A stretch of DNA of 64,000 bases from Polyangiaceae bacterium (lineage in GTDB: Bacteria; Myxococcota_A; Polyangia; Polyangiales; Polyangiaceae). This document shows, one piece after another, positions 48,202 through 56,568 of the stretch. The notes under the pieces were generated by a model that saw only the letters and a list, made by a program, of their open reading frames with translations, did no database searches and was not told the DNA's origin. The translations under genes and the position numbers were made by a program. The first letter of the stretch is position 1; each line of letters opens with the position of its first letter. The stretch is from the NCBI GenBank assembly GCA_965222375.1, contig CBDCTZ010000012.1, positions 320,001 to 384,000 of the forward strand. The letters are read 5' to 3'.

Positions 48202-49497
48202 ATGCCGGCCGCCTCCGCCCCCGCTGATGCCGAAGAATGGCCAGCGCCCCCGATTCGCCTGCGCACGGTCATCGCCTTGGCGATCGTTGCTCTCGGCGCC
48301 TGGTGGGGCGCACCCCGTGCCAATGCCGCCTGGGCACTGCATTCCAAGGCGACAGCATTGGCGGATTATGCCCTTTGCATGGTCGGGCCGACCGGCCCTC
48401 CACTACTGCGGGACAATCCAGCGGAGTTCAACAAGTTGGTCCGGCGTCGCGTGGTTGCCGCCCGTGCCGACGAGCGCCCGTTCGAGGAATGTGCGAAGCC
48501 CGCCTTCGATGTCACGGGCTCCGTGGAGATCGAGCGAGCGCACCGCGCAACCGCGTGGAGTTTCGCGGAATACGGCAGCTTCGACCGAGATGGCAAGCCG
48601 ACCCGCGGTAGGGTCAACGTGGCCTCGCTTCGGGTGACGACGCGACCCGTGTCGGAGTTGGCGAAGCAGGCCTGGCCCTTCGTGCGCAGCGGCTACACCA
48701 AGCTGGTCCGACCCAGCCTCAAAGCTAGGGAGGCGGTTCACCCCATCGAACTCGCGACGCCCGCGGTAGGTCGCGGTTTGCCTGCCTGGCGTGCCTGGTA
48801 CCGAGGGGTCGCGAAACGCGGCGACGCCTTCGTGGTGGCGGTGGGCGCGGGCGCCAACTTGAGCGCGTATCAATCCAAGGACGGCGGCAAGAACTTCAGC
48901 CTCGCGCCGGTATCCTACGCGGCGGGTTTTTCTGGGCGTTGTGGTTCTGGCGAAAACGGCTTTCGTTTCTCCTTGAGTGAGGATGGTGCCAACGTGCAGG
49001 TCGTTTCCGGCGGACCCGACGGAGATTCGGCTCCGGTGGCCTTGGCGCGGGCTCAAGCCGAGGTGTTCGCGTCTAGTTGTGACGAAACGACTTTGATCGC
49101 CGCGCTCAAGGTCAAGGGCAAGAGCGATGTGGCGTTGCGCATATGTCAGCATCGGGGCGAGTGCGCTGCCCTCGAGCTTCCAGCGTTTCCCGGGGTGGGA
49201 CTGCGGCCGCGATACCCCCTGGACATTTTGCGTGTGGACGGAGTGACCGTCGTCGCAGTGGTCATGAATCGGATCGTTCGCGTCACGTCATCCCGGGACG
49301 ACGGGCGAACATGGACACCGTACATCGTCGCCTTTGATGCGGTGGCCCATCCTGAAGTGCGCACCGACGCTCCCGCTCCCGGCCGAATGCTTGCCCTCGG
49401 CAAACGCGTGATGCTGTACGGTGGTGGAAGCAAGCCGGCCCATACCTACCCAGTGCTGTTCTCGGACGACTACGGCGCGAGCTGGCGCTCTCGCTGA
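48202..49497 (+). CDS. Hypothetical membrane-anchored protein with BNR/Asp-box repeats
   Basis: N-terminal TM segment, with SKDGGKNF, SRDDGRTW and SDDYGASW. Confidence 0.75.
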   Translation: MPAASAPADAEEWPAPPIRLRTVIALAIVALGAWWGAPRANAAWALHSKATALADYALCMVGPTGPPLLRDNPAEFNKLVRRRVVAARADERPFEECAKPAFDVTGSVEIERAHRATAWSFAEYGSFDRDGKPTRGRVNVASLRVTTRPVSELAKQAWPFVRSGYTKLVRPSLKAREAVHPIELATPAVGRGLPAWRAWYRGVAKRGDAFVVAVGAGANLSAYQSKDGGKNFSLAPVSYAAGFSGRCGSGENGFRFSLSEDGANVQVVSGGPDGDSAPVALARAQAEVFASSCDETTLIAALKVKGKSDVALRICQHRGECAALELPAFPGVGLRPRYPLDILRVDGVTVVAVVMNRIVRVTSSRDDGRTWTPYIVAFDAVAHPEVRTDAPAPGRMLALGKRVMLYGGGSKPAHTYPVLFSDDYGASWRSR

Positions 49498-49919
49498 TGT
49501 TCGTCTACGAGCGTGTGGTTCGGTTCCACGAGGTGGACGCAGCCGGGTTGATGTTCTTTCCCTGCTTCTTCACCTATGCCCATGAAGCCATGGAGCAGCT
49601 ATTTTCCCCTGTGGAGGGCGGCTATGCGGGGCTGATCCTGAAGCGCCGAGTGGGGCTACCAGCTGTGAAAGTGGATGCGAGCTTCGCCTCGCCCTTGCGC
49701 TATGGGGACGCGGTTCGGGTCGAGGTCAGTGTCAGTCGGCTTGGCACGCGAAGCTTCGAGCTGACCTATGAGTTTCATCGTTCGAGCGATGATGTGTTGT
49801 GCGCCACGGTACGTCACACGGTCGTGAGCACGGACTTAGCGAACGTGGCGAGCACGGATATGCCTGACGATGTACGCCGGGTAGTCGAACAACATCGGAT
49901 CCCGGTCGAGCCAACCTGA
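49497..49919 (+). CDS. Acyl-CoA thioesterase (4HBT hotdog family)
   Basis: VRFHEVDAAG and SPLRYGD. TGATG coupling with the upstream gene. Confidence 0.88.
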   Translation: MFVYERVVRFHEVDAAGLMFFPCFFTYAHEAMEQLFSPVEGGYAGLILKRRVGLPAVKVDASFASPLRYGDAVRVEVSVSRLGTRSFELTYEFHRSSDDVLCATVRHTVVSTDLANVASTDMPDDVRRVVEQHRIPVEPT

Positions 49920-49940
49920 GTCCCAGCGCGCGGACGGGCT

Positions 49941-50708
49941 CTACTGGGAAGCTGGGAGTCGAACCGCAATGCGTGCCAATGCGCGGCGCACCCAATTGGG
50001 GTGTGCGCCGCCGATGCCGTGGACGGGATCGGCCTCCGCGGCCAAGATCGTCAAGGCGCGGACTTGAGTCCGGGCCTGGTCCGCCGCGGCCTCCTGACCC
50101 AGTCGTTCACGCTGTACCAACAGGCGGCGCCAGGCCACCAACGCCGCGGCCCAGCTCTGGGTGGCGACGTGCCAGGCAGCGAGTTGAGCCAAACGCGTGG
50201 TGTTGTGCGGTTCGCGCTCGAGGGACGCCTCCATGTCCCCGACTGCGCCCTCGACGTCGCCGCGCCGGTAGCGCAGGCGCCCACGCGCAGCCAACGCGGC
50301 CGCACCTGCAGCGGGCAGGCGCAGCGCCATCTCGTACACCCGCTCGGCCTCGCCCCAGTCGCCCAACGCGGCGCGGAGCTCTCCCAGACCGAGATAGGCT
50401 GGCCCAAAACTCGGGTCCATCCTGACGGCTTCCGTGTACAGCCGTAGGGCGTCGCCGGTGGCTCCCCGGGCTCGAGCTTGTCGAGCCCGATCGGACAGAC
50501 CTCGCGCCGCCCGGGTAGCCCAGCTCTCTTTGGCGAGCGCGCGCCGCGGCGCTGGCGTGGCCGCGGGCTTCGGAGCTTGGGCCTGGGTTGGTGGCGTGAC
50601 CTTGACGGGTGCCGGATCGTCGAATCGGGCCGTTGGCGGAGCCGCTTGCGCGGCCGTGCCGAACACGATCGTGGCGGCGAAAATCGCCGTGGCGATCAGC
50701 TTGGACAT
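49941..50708 (-). CDS. Secreted TPR-repeat protein
   Basis: Signal peptide (AAQA), Pro/Ala linker and TPR-like helices (YTEAVRMDPSFGPAYLGLG). Confidence 0.8.
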   Translation of the reverse strand: MSKLIATAIFAATIVFGTAAQAAPPTARFDDPAPVKVTPPTQAQAPKPAATPAPRRALAKESWATRAARGLSDRARQARARGATGDALRLYTEAVRMDPSFGPAYLGLGELRAALGDWGEAERVYEMALRLPAAGAAALAARGRLRYRRGDVEGAVGDMEASLEREPHNTTRLAQLAAWHVATQSWAAALVAWRRLLVQRERLGQEAAADQARTQVRALTILAAEADPVHGIGGAHPNWVRRALARIAVRLPASQ

Positions 50709-50734
50709 GACTCGGCGGACAACACGCCCAAAGT

Positions 50735-50750
50735 AGCACGGCCGTGGCCA
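50735..50750 (-). promoter_or_regulatory. Candidate sigma54 promoter of the TPR gene
   Basis: Minus strand TGGCCACGGCCGTGCT, GG-N10-GC, 8/12 match. It could alternatively be an extended -10 (TGcTACTTT). Confidence 0.4.
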
Positions 50751-50823
50751 GATCGCCGCGGAGGTGCGTCCCCCGGCCCACGTCCAACTCGCGTTTCGGG
50801 GCGTTTCATAGGGGTTGCGTTCC

Positions 50824-50839
50824 AGGCACGCCCATTGCT
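50824..50839 (+). promoter_or_regulatory. Candidate sigma54 promoter of the alpha-2-macroglobulin/pbpC operon
   Basis: AGGCACGCCCATTGCT, 11/12 match. Predicted +1 near 50850. Confidence 0.65.
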
Positions 50840-50853
50840 GACTGCCCCACCAA

Positions 50854-53800
50854 ATGGACCCACATGCTCGCCCAAAGCGCCGTTCGAACCAGCCTCGCCC
50901 GCGCCTGCTCCGAGCCCTCTCGATAGCCCTGGCACTGGTCGTGGCAGCCTGTGTTCAAGGGGGCGCCACCATGCCAACGGTCACCCCTCACGGCACTCTG
51001 GGGCTGGGAGGCCCCGGCATGGAGCAGGGGCAGCCCGACGGGCCGTTTCGCGTCGTGTTTGCGGGGCCCGAAGGTCAAGCTTCCAACACCGCCGAAGTGA
51101 GCGTCGTATTCAGCCGCCCGCTCCGGGAACTGTCTTTGGCGGGTTCCGAGGCCGCCCCACCGATCTCCATGACCCCTGCCATCCCGGGGCGTTGGCAGTG
51201 GGTGGGCACCCACGCACTGATCTTCGTCCCAGCTGCCGGTCCCCTGCCGGGAGCCACCCGGATCCGGGTGCGTGTACCTGCGAGCATCCGGGCGCTGGAT
51301 GGGTCCCGGCTCGCTCGAGCTCACGACTTCGAGTTCGAGACTCCGCGACCCAAACTGGTGCGAGTTTCGCCCTACGACGGTCAAAAAGGCTTGGTGCCGA
51401 AGACGACGATGACCCTGCGCTTCAACCAGCCGGTCGATCCCAGCGCCCTGACCCGCGTCGTGAGTCTGCACAACCTCACCAAAGACCAGGCTGTGGGCAT
51501 GGAGTTGCGCCGTCCTGATCCGGCCCGGCCCAAAATCCTCGAAGTAGCGCCCAAGGCACCGCTTGCGGTGCATTCGAAGTACGAGCTCAAGATCGCGCGG
51601 GGCTGGAAGGGGCAAGAAGGGCCGCTGCCTCAGACCAAGGAGCGACGGGTTGCGTTCGAGACCTATGGGCCGCTGCGGGTCGAACGAGTCAACTGCGATC
51701 AAGACACGCCCCACCGGCGCTGCGCGCCGGGTGGCAGCTTGGGGGTGTCGTTCACCAATCCGGTCCGGTTCAAAGACGTGAAGCGGATGCTGCGGGTGAC
51801 CCCTGGCTTGAAGCTTCGCTGGGACTCTTGGCGGGAAGACAGCGATTACGTTAGCTACGTCGATGTGAACGCGGCCTTCAAGCCGGGCGCTGCGTACACC
51901 CTCAGCGTCGGTGGTGGCTTGAAAGACAAATACGGTCAGCGCATGGGGCGCGCCCACGCCGAACGCGTCTTGATTGACGACGTATGGCCGACGGTGGAAA
52001 TCGGCGTGAGCGGGGATACCTTGGAGGCGGCGATTGCCAAGCCGATCTCCGTGGGTAGCGTCAACGTTGCGGACTATCGCGTGATCGCCGGAGCGCTCAC
52101 CAAGCCTCAGACTGCTGAGTTGCTTCGGGAGCCGCGCACGGATCGCCAACTGAAAAAACTTCGGCGTTGGCTGCCGGAAAAGACGGTCACGCCCCGGGCC
52201 GCCAAGAACCGCGTGCATCAGCGGCGCGTGGACAGTGGCGCGTTGCTCGGGAAAGCGCGGCGCGGTGTGGTGGCTCTGAGCGTGGCGTACGTCGAGCGAG
52301 AGGGAAAGCGCCCCCGCAAACGGCAGCATGTGCGCTTGGTGCAGGTCACGGATCTGGCGATGACCGCAAAGGTCTCTCGCCATGGGTCCCTGGTGTGGGT
52401 GACGCGCCTCTCCAACGGCAAACCCGTGCCCGGCGCTCGGGTCGAGGTGTTTCGGCCAGGCGCCAAGACCCTCGTGAAGAAGGCCGACAAGGACGGCATT
52501 GCGAGGATTTCGGCCAAGGAGCTTGCCCCCAATCTGGAATCGAACAGTCGAGATGCCCGGGCCGTCTTCATCGCGGCCGACGGGGCGGATTGGACGGCCC
52601 GGCCGCTGAGCGACTTCCTCGATGCTTGGCGCCTGGATGTTCCTCTGGATCTGAGCGGCGAGCTTCGCGCCTACGGGCTCATGTTCACAGAGCGGGGTCT
52701 CTACCGCCCAGGCGACAGTGTGCGCCTGAAAGGGATCCTGCGTCGGCACACCCGGACCGGCAACGCCGTGGAAGCGGGCCGCTCGATGACCCTCATCGTC
52801 GAGGATCCCGAGGGAGAGAAGCTGCTCAAGCGTCGCGTGAAGACCTCTCGTTTTGGGTCCTTCGACGCCAAGCTACGCATTCCAAGATCGGCGCCGTTGG
52901 GCAGCTATCGAGTCTACACGGATGGACTGAAGGGAGGACAGATCAGCGAGCGCTTCGAAGTTGCTGAATACCGCCCTGCCGAGTTCAAGGTGGGCGTCGA
53001 GAGCAATCAGCCTTCGTTCATTCGTGGGGACCAGGCCGAGTGGATGGTTCGAGGCGACTTCTTGTTCGGTGCGCCCATGGCCAAAGCCAAGACGCGCTAC
53101 AGCGTTACCCGCGCGCGTAGCTACTTCAATCCTCCCAATAGCGACGAGTTTTCCACGTCGTCGGGGGCGCTGTTTGCGCATGCTGACGAAGAAGATCTGG
53201 ACCACAGTATCCTCAGCAGCGCGGACAAGACTCTGGACCCAACCGGCAAGCTGAAGCTCAGTGCCAAGCTGAGCATGAGTGGGCAGCGCGGTCCGGAAAT
53301 CCTTCGGGCCGAGGCGGAGGTGACGGATCTGTCCCGGCAATCCCAGAGTGGAAGTACGACTGCCATCGTGCACCCGGCAAGCTTCTACATCGGCATCGAA
53401 TACCTGAAGGACTTCTTCGTAAAGGCGCCGGGCAAGACCACACCCCGCTTCGTGGCGCTGTCGCCCAAGGGACGGCGGCTACCTGGTAAGCGAATCGCGG
53501 TGCAGCTGGTGCGCCGACGTTGGAGCCTGGCGCGGCAGGACGTTGGGGCTGGTCGCGTGCGCTCGGTCAGTAAGCCGGTGGATACGGTCGTGTCCCGCTG
53601 CAGCGTGAAAACGGGCACCGCGCCCGTGGGTTGCAGCCTGGATCTGCGAGAAGGTGGCTACTACATCATCTCTGCCAAGAGCCAGGACGAGCGCGGAAAC
53701 CCCGTAGCGTCTGCCCTTTCGTTCTACGGCATCGGCGCAGGTAGGATGCAATGGGGCGACGGAGACCGCCGCAAGCTCGATTTGGCCTTGAACAAGGAGG

Positions 53801-56568
53801 AGTACAAGGTTGGGGATCGCGCCCGCGTCCTGGTGAAGAATCCGTTCCCGGAGGCGGAGGCACTCATCACCGTCGAGCGGGCCGGGATCTACCGCTCCGA
53901 ACGTCGCGTGCTGCGCGGAGCAACACCTGTAGTCGAGGTCGAAGTCACGAAGGATCTGCTGCCCAATGCCTTCGTTTCCGTGATGTTGACCCGAGGTCGC
54001 AAGGCGAAGCCCAGGCACGGAAAACCCGACATCGGCGCTCCTGACTTTCGCATTGGCTACGCGGAGATCGCGGTCAACGCCGACGCTCGACGTCTCGAGG
54101 TCAAAGTCACGCCCTCCGCCACGGAGCTCAAGCCCGGCGCCAAGGTCGATGTGGCGATCCGGACCACCAACGCGGCGGGCAAGCCCCAACCCGCGGAAGT
54201 TGCTCTCTACGCGGTCGACGAAGGTGTGCTTTCGTTGATTGGCTACAAGACTCCCGACCCGCTCCCTGTGTTCACGTCGCCTCGGGCGTTGCAGGTGGCG
54301 ACCATCGAGTCCCGAGAGGCCCTGGCACGCTTGGGTTTGGATGATCTGGGCTCCATGGGCCTCGACAAGGGGCTCGACGGCGGCGGTGGCGGTGAGAGTT
54401 CTAGCGCGCGCAAGGACTTTCGTCAGAGCGCGTACTTCAACCCCGCTGTGCACACTGACGCCAAGGGGCGCGCGAAGGTCAGTTTCAAGCTGCCGGACAG
54501 CCTCACGACCTATCGTCTGATGGCGGTCGCCGCAAGTTTGGACGATCGCTATGGCTTCGGAGAATCCCGAGTCATCACGAGCAAGAAGCTCATGGCGCGT
54601 CCTGCGCTGCCGCGCTTCTTGCGAACCGGGGACGCGGCTAACGCGGGGGTCATCGTGACCTCGAAGGGGATGGGTGACACGACCGCGACTGTGACGGCGA
54701 AAATCCGCGGTTTGGAGCTCTTGGGTGACGCTACGAAGCGCGTACAGCTGCCGAAGAACGGCAGTGTGGAAGTGCGCTTTCCCCTGCGCGCGAAGCGGGC
54801 AGGCACGGCCAAGCTTGGATTCGTGGTTTCGGCCGGGCGCCAGCGAGACTCCGTCGAGGTGCGTCGAGACGTGCGCGTGCCGGCGGTGATGGAGTCCGTT
54901 GCCCTCTACGGGCAGACCAATGCGGCGCGGGGAGAAAAGCTCGGGGACCTCTCCGCCATGCGCCGCGACGTTGGCGAACTGCAACTGAGCATGGCGTCGA
55001 CCGCCCTGGTTGGTTTGGGTGGGGGCGTGGAGCAACTCATCGAGTATCCGTACGGTTGCACCGAGCAGCTATCGAGTCGTCTCTTGCCCATGTTGCCCCT
55101 CGCGCAATTGGCTAGAGATTTCGACCTGCCCTTGCCCAAGAACACTCGCGCGGTGGCGGAAAAAACCGTCGCGGAGATCCTGGGGCGACAGCGTGGTGAT
55201 GGGGGCTTCGGCTACTGGCCAGAGTCCCAAGAGAGCTCGCCCTGGGTGAGCGCCTACGCCCTGTGGACGTTGCACCATGCCAAGAGCCGCGGCCACGCGG
55301 TTCCGGCACGCGCGTTGCAGCGCGGGCGCGCCTATGTGCGACGCGCCTTGGAGCGACTGCGCATCGAACCGATCTCGCTTTCCACGGCTGCATTCATCGT
55401 GGACGTGATGGCGGAAACGGGCGCGCCAGATGTGGGCTACATGAGTCGGATCTACGCCGAGCGCAGCAAGCTTCCGACCTTTGGCAAAGCGCTGCTGCTG
55501 CATGCACTGGCTGTGAGCAAGCAAAAGGCCGAGCTGATCGATCCTCTGTTGAAGGAGCTCGAGGGCCAGCTGCGCATCGATGCGGATACCGCCATGGTTT
55601 CCGAGAACCTGGGTGACGAGTACGCGGTGCTGATGTCCTCGCCCGCGCGCTCCAGCGCCATGGCCCTGCGCGCCCTACTTGCGGCGCGTCCTGCGCATCC
55701 CATGGCCGCGGCCATGGCCCGGGGGCTGCTACGCGCCCGTCGCGGCGGGACGTGGCGCAATACCCAAGAGGCGGCATACGCGCTGTTGGCGCTGGATGAG
55801 TATCGCAAGGCCCAAGAGCGAAAAGTGCCCAACTTCCTCACGCGGGTATGGCTGTCTGGTTCACAGCTCGTGTCCAAACGCTTCAAAGGCCGCAGTGCCA
55901 ACTCCCGGCGTCACGTGATCGCGGCGAAGGACATGCCCCGGAAGGCCGGTGGCTTGCTTGTCTTTCAGAAGCAGGGTGACGGGAAGCTTTTCTACGAAGC
56001 GCGGCTGCGCTACGTGCCCAAGACCCTTCCGGCGAGACCGCTGGATCGGGGCTTCTTCGTCCAGAAGACGTTGCGTGCAGTAACCCCGGAGAACCTCCCG
56101 AAGGCGATTCGCACGCTGACGGATCGAACCGAATCGCGAATTGCCGCCGGGTCTCTAGTGCTCGTCGACCTAATCGTGGTGTCGCCGAGCCCGCGTGAGC
56201 TCGTGGTGATCGATGACCCGATCCCCGCCGGGCTCGAGGCTGTGGATACGACCTTGTCGACGACGGCATCTTGGCTGTCTGTACCCGGGCAGGGGGGCGA
56301 GCCTGGCTCTTACGATTCATCGGATGGAGATTGGGACGACGACGTGGCGCACGGCAGCGCGTTCCTGAGTAGTTGGTTTCGCCGCGAGCTGCGGGATGAC
56401 CGCGCGCTGTTCTTCGTCGACCGAATGAATGCCGGCATGTACCACTACCGGTACCTTGCGCGAGCGACCACGGCCGGCAAGTTCATCGTTCCGCCGACCA
56501 AAGCGGAGGAGATGTACACGCCCGAGGTTTTCGGTCGGACAGGAGCCGTGTCCCTGGAGGTGCGGTGA
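50854..56568 (+). CDS. Bacterial alpha-2-macroglobulin (lipoprotein, intact thioester motif)
   Basis: Lipobox VAAC, N-terminal Ig-like repeats and TERGLYRPGD. Thioester motif YPYGCTEQ (CTEQ at 55057-55068) and C-terminal EEMYTPEVFGR. Followed by pbpC. Confidence 0.95.
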   Translation: MDPHARPKRRSNQPRPRLLRALSIALALVVAACVQGGATMPTVTPHGTLGLGGPGMEQGQPDGPFRVVFAGPEGQASNTAEVSVVFSRPLRELSLAGSEAAPPISMTPAIPGRWQWVGTHALIFVPAAGPLPGATRIRVRVPASIRALDGSRLARAHDFEFETPRPKLVRVSPYDGQKGLVPKTTMTLRFNQPVDPSALTRVVSLHNLTKDQAVGMELRRPDPARPKILEVAPKAPLAVHSKYELKIARGWKGQEGPLPQTKERRVAFETYGPLRVERVNCDQDTPHRRCAPGGSLGVSFTNPVRFKDVKRMLRVTPGLKLRWDSWREDSDYVSYVDVNAAFKPGAAYTLSVGGGLKDKYGQRMGRAHAERVLIDDVWPTVEIGVSGDTLEAAIAKPISVGSVNVADYRVIAGALTKPQTAELLREPRTDRQLKKLRRWLPEKTVTPRAAKNRVHQRRVDSGALLGKARRGVVALSVAYVEREGKRPRKRQHVRLVQVTDLAMTAKVSRHGSLVWVTRLSNGKPVPGARVEVFRPGAKTLVKKADKDGIARISAKELAPNLESNSRDARAVFIAADGADWTARPLSDFLDAWRLDVPLDLSGELRAYGLMFTERGLYRPGDSVRLKGILRRHTRTGNAVEAGRSMTLIVEDPEGEKLLKRRVKTSRFGSFDAKLRIPRSAPLGSYRVYTDGLKGGQISERFEVAEYRPAEFKVGVESNQPSFIRGDQAEWMVRGDFLFGAPMAKAKTRYSVTRARSYFNPPNSDEFSTSSGALFAHADEEDLDHSILSSADKTLDPTGKLKLSAKLSMSGQRGPEILRAEAEVTDLSRQSQSGSTTAIVHPASFYIGIEYLKDFFVKAPGKTTPRFVALSPKGRRLPGKRIAVQLVRRRWSLARQDVGAGRVRSVSKPVDTVVSRCSVKTGTAPVGCSLDLREGGYYIISAKSQDERGNPVASALSFYGIGAGRMQWGDGDRRKLDLALNKEEYKVGDRARVLVKNPFPEAEALITVERAGIYRSERRVLRGATPVVEVEVTKDLLPNAFVSVMLTRGRKAKPRHGKPDIGAPDFRIGYAEIAVNADARRLEVKVTPSATELKPGAKVDVAIRTTNAAGKPQPAEVALYAVDEGVLSLIGYKTPDPLPVFTSPRALQVATIESREALARLGLDDLGSMGLDKGLDGGGGGESSSARKDFRQSAYFNPAVHTDAKGRAKVSFKLPDSLTTYRLMAVAASLDDRYGFGESRVITSKKLMARPALPRFLRTGDAANAGVIVTSKGMGDTTATVTAKIRGLELLGDATKRVQLPKNGSVEVRFPLRAKRAGTAKLGFVVSAGRQRDSVEVRRDVRVPAVMESVALYGQTNAARGEKLGDLSAMRRDVGELQLSMASTALVGLGGGVEQLIEYPYGCTEQLSSRLLPMLPLAQLARDFDLPLPKNTRAVAEKTVAEILGRQRGDGGFGYWPESQESSPWVSAYALWTLHHAKSRGHAVPARALQRGRAYVRRALERLRIEPISLSTAAFIVDVMAETGAPDVGYMSRIYAERSKLPTFGKALLLHALAVSKQKAELIDPLLKELEGQLRIDADTAMVSENLGDEYAVLMSSPARSSAMALRALLAARPAHPMAAAMARGLLRARRGGTWRNTQEAAYALLALDEYRKAQERKVPNFLTRVWLSGSQLVSKRFKGRSANSRRHVIAAKDMPRKAGGLLVFQKQGDGKLFYEARLRYVPKTLPARPLDRGFFVQKTLRAVTPENLPKAIRTLTDRTESRIAAGSLVLVDLIVVSPSPRELVVIDDPIPAGLEAVDTTLSTTASWLSVPGQGGEPGSYDSSDGDWDDDVAHGSAFLSSWFRRELRDDRALFFVDRMNAGMYHYRYLARATTAGKFIVPPTKAEEMYTPEVFGRTGAVSLEVR

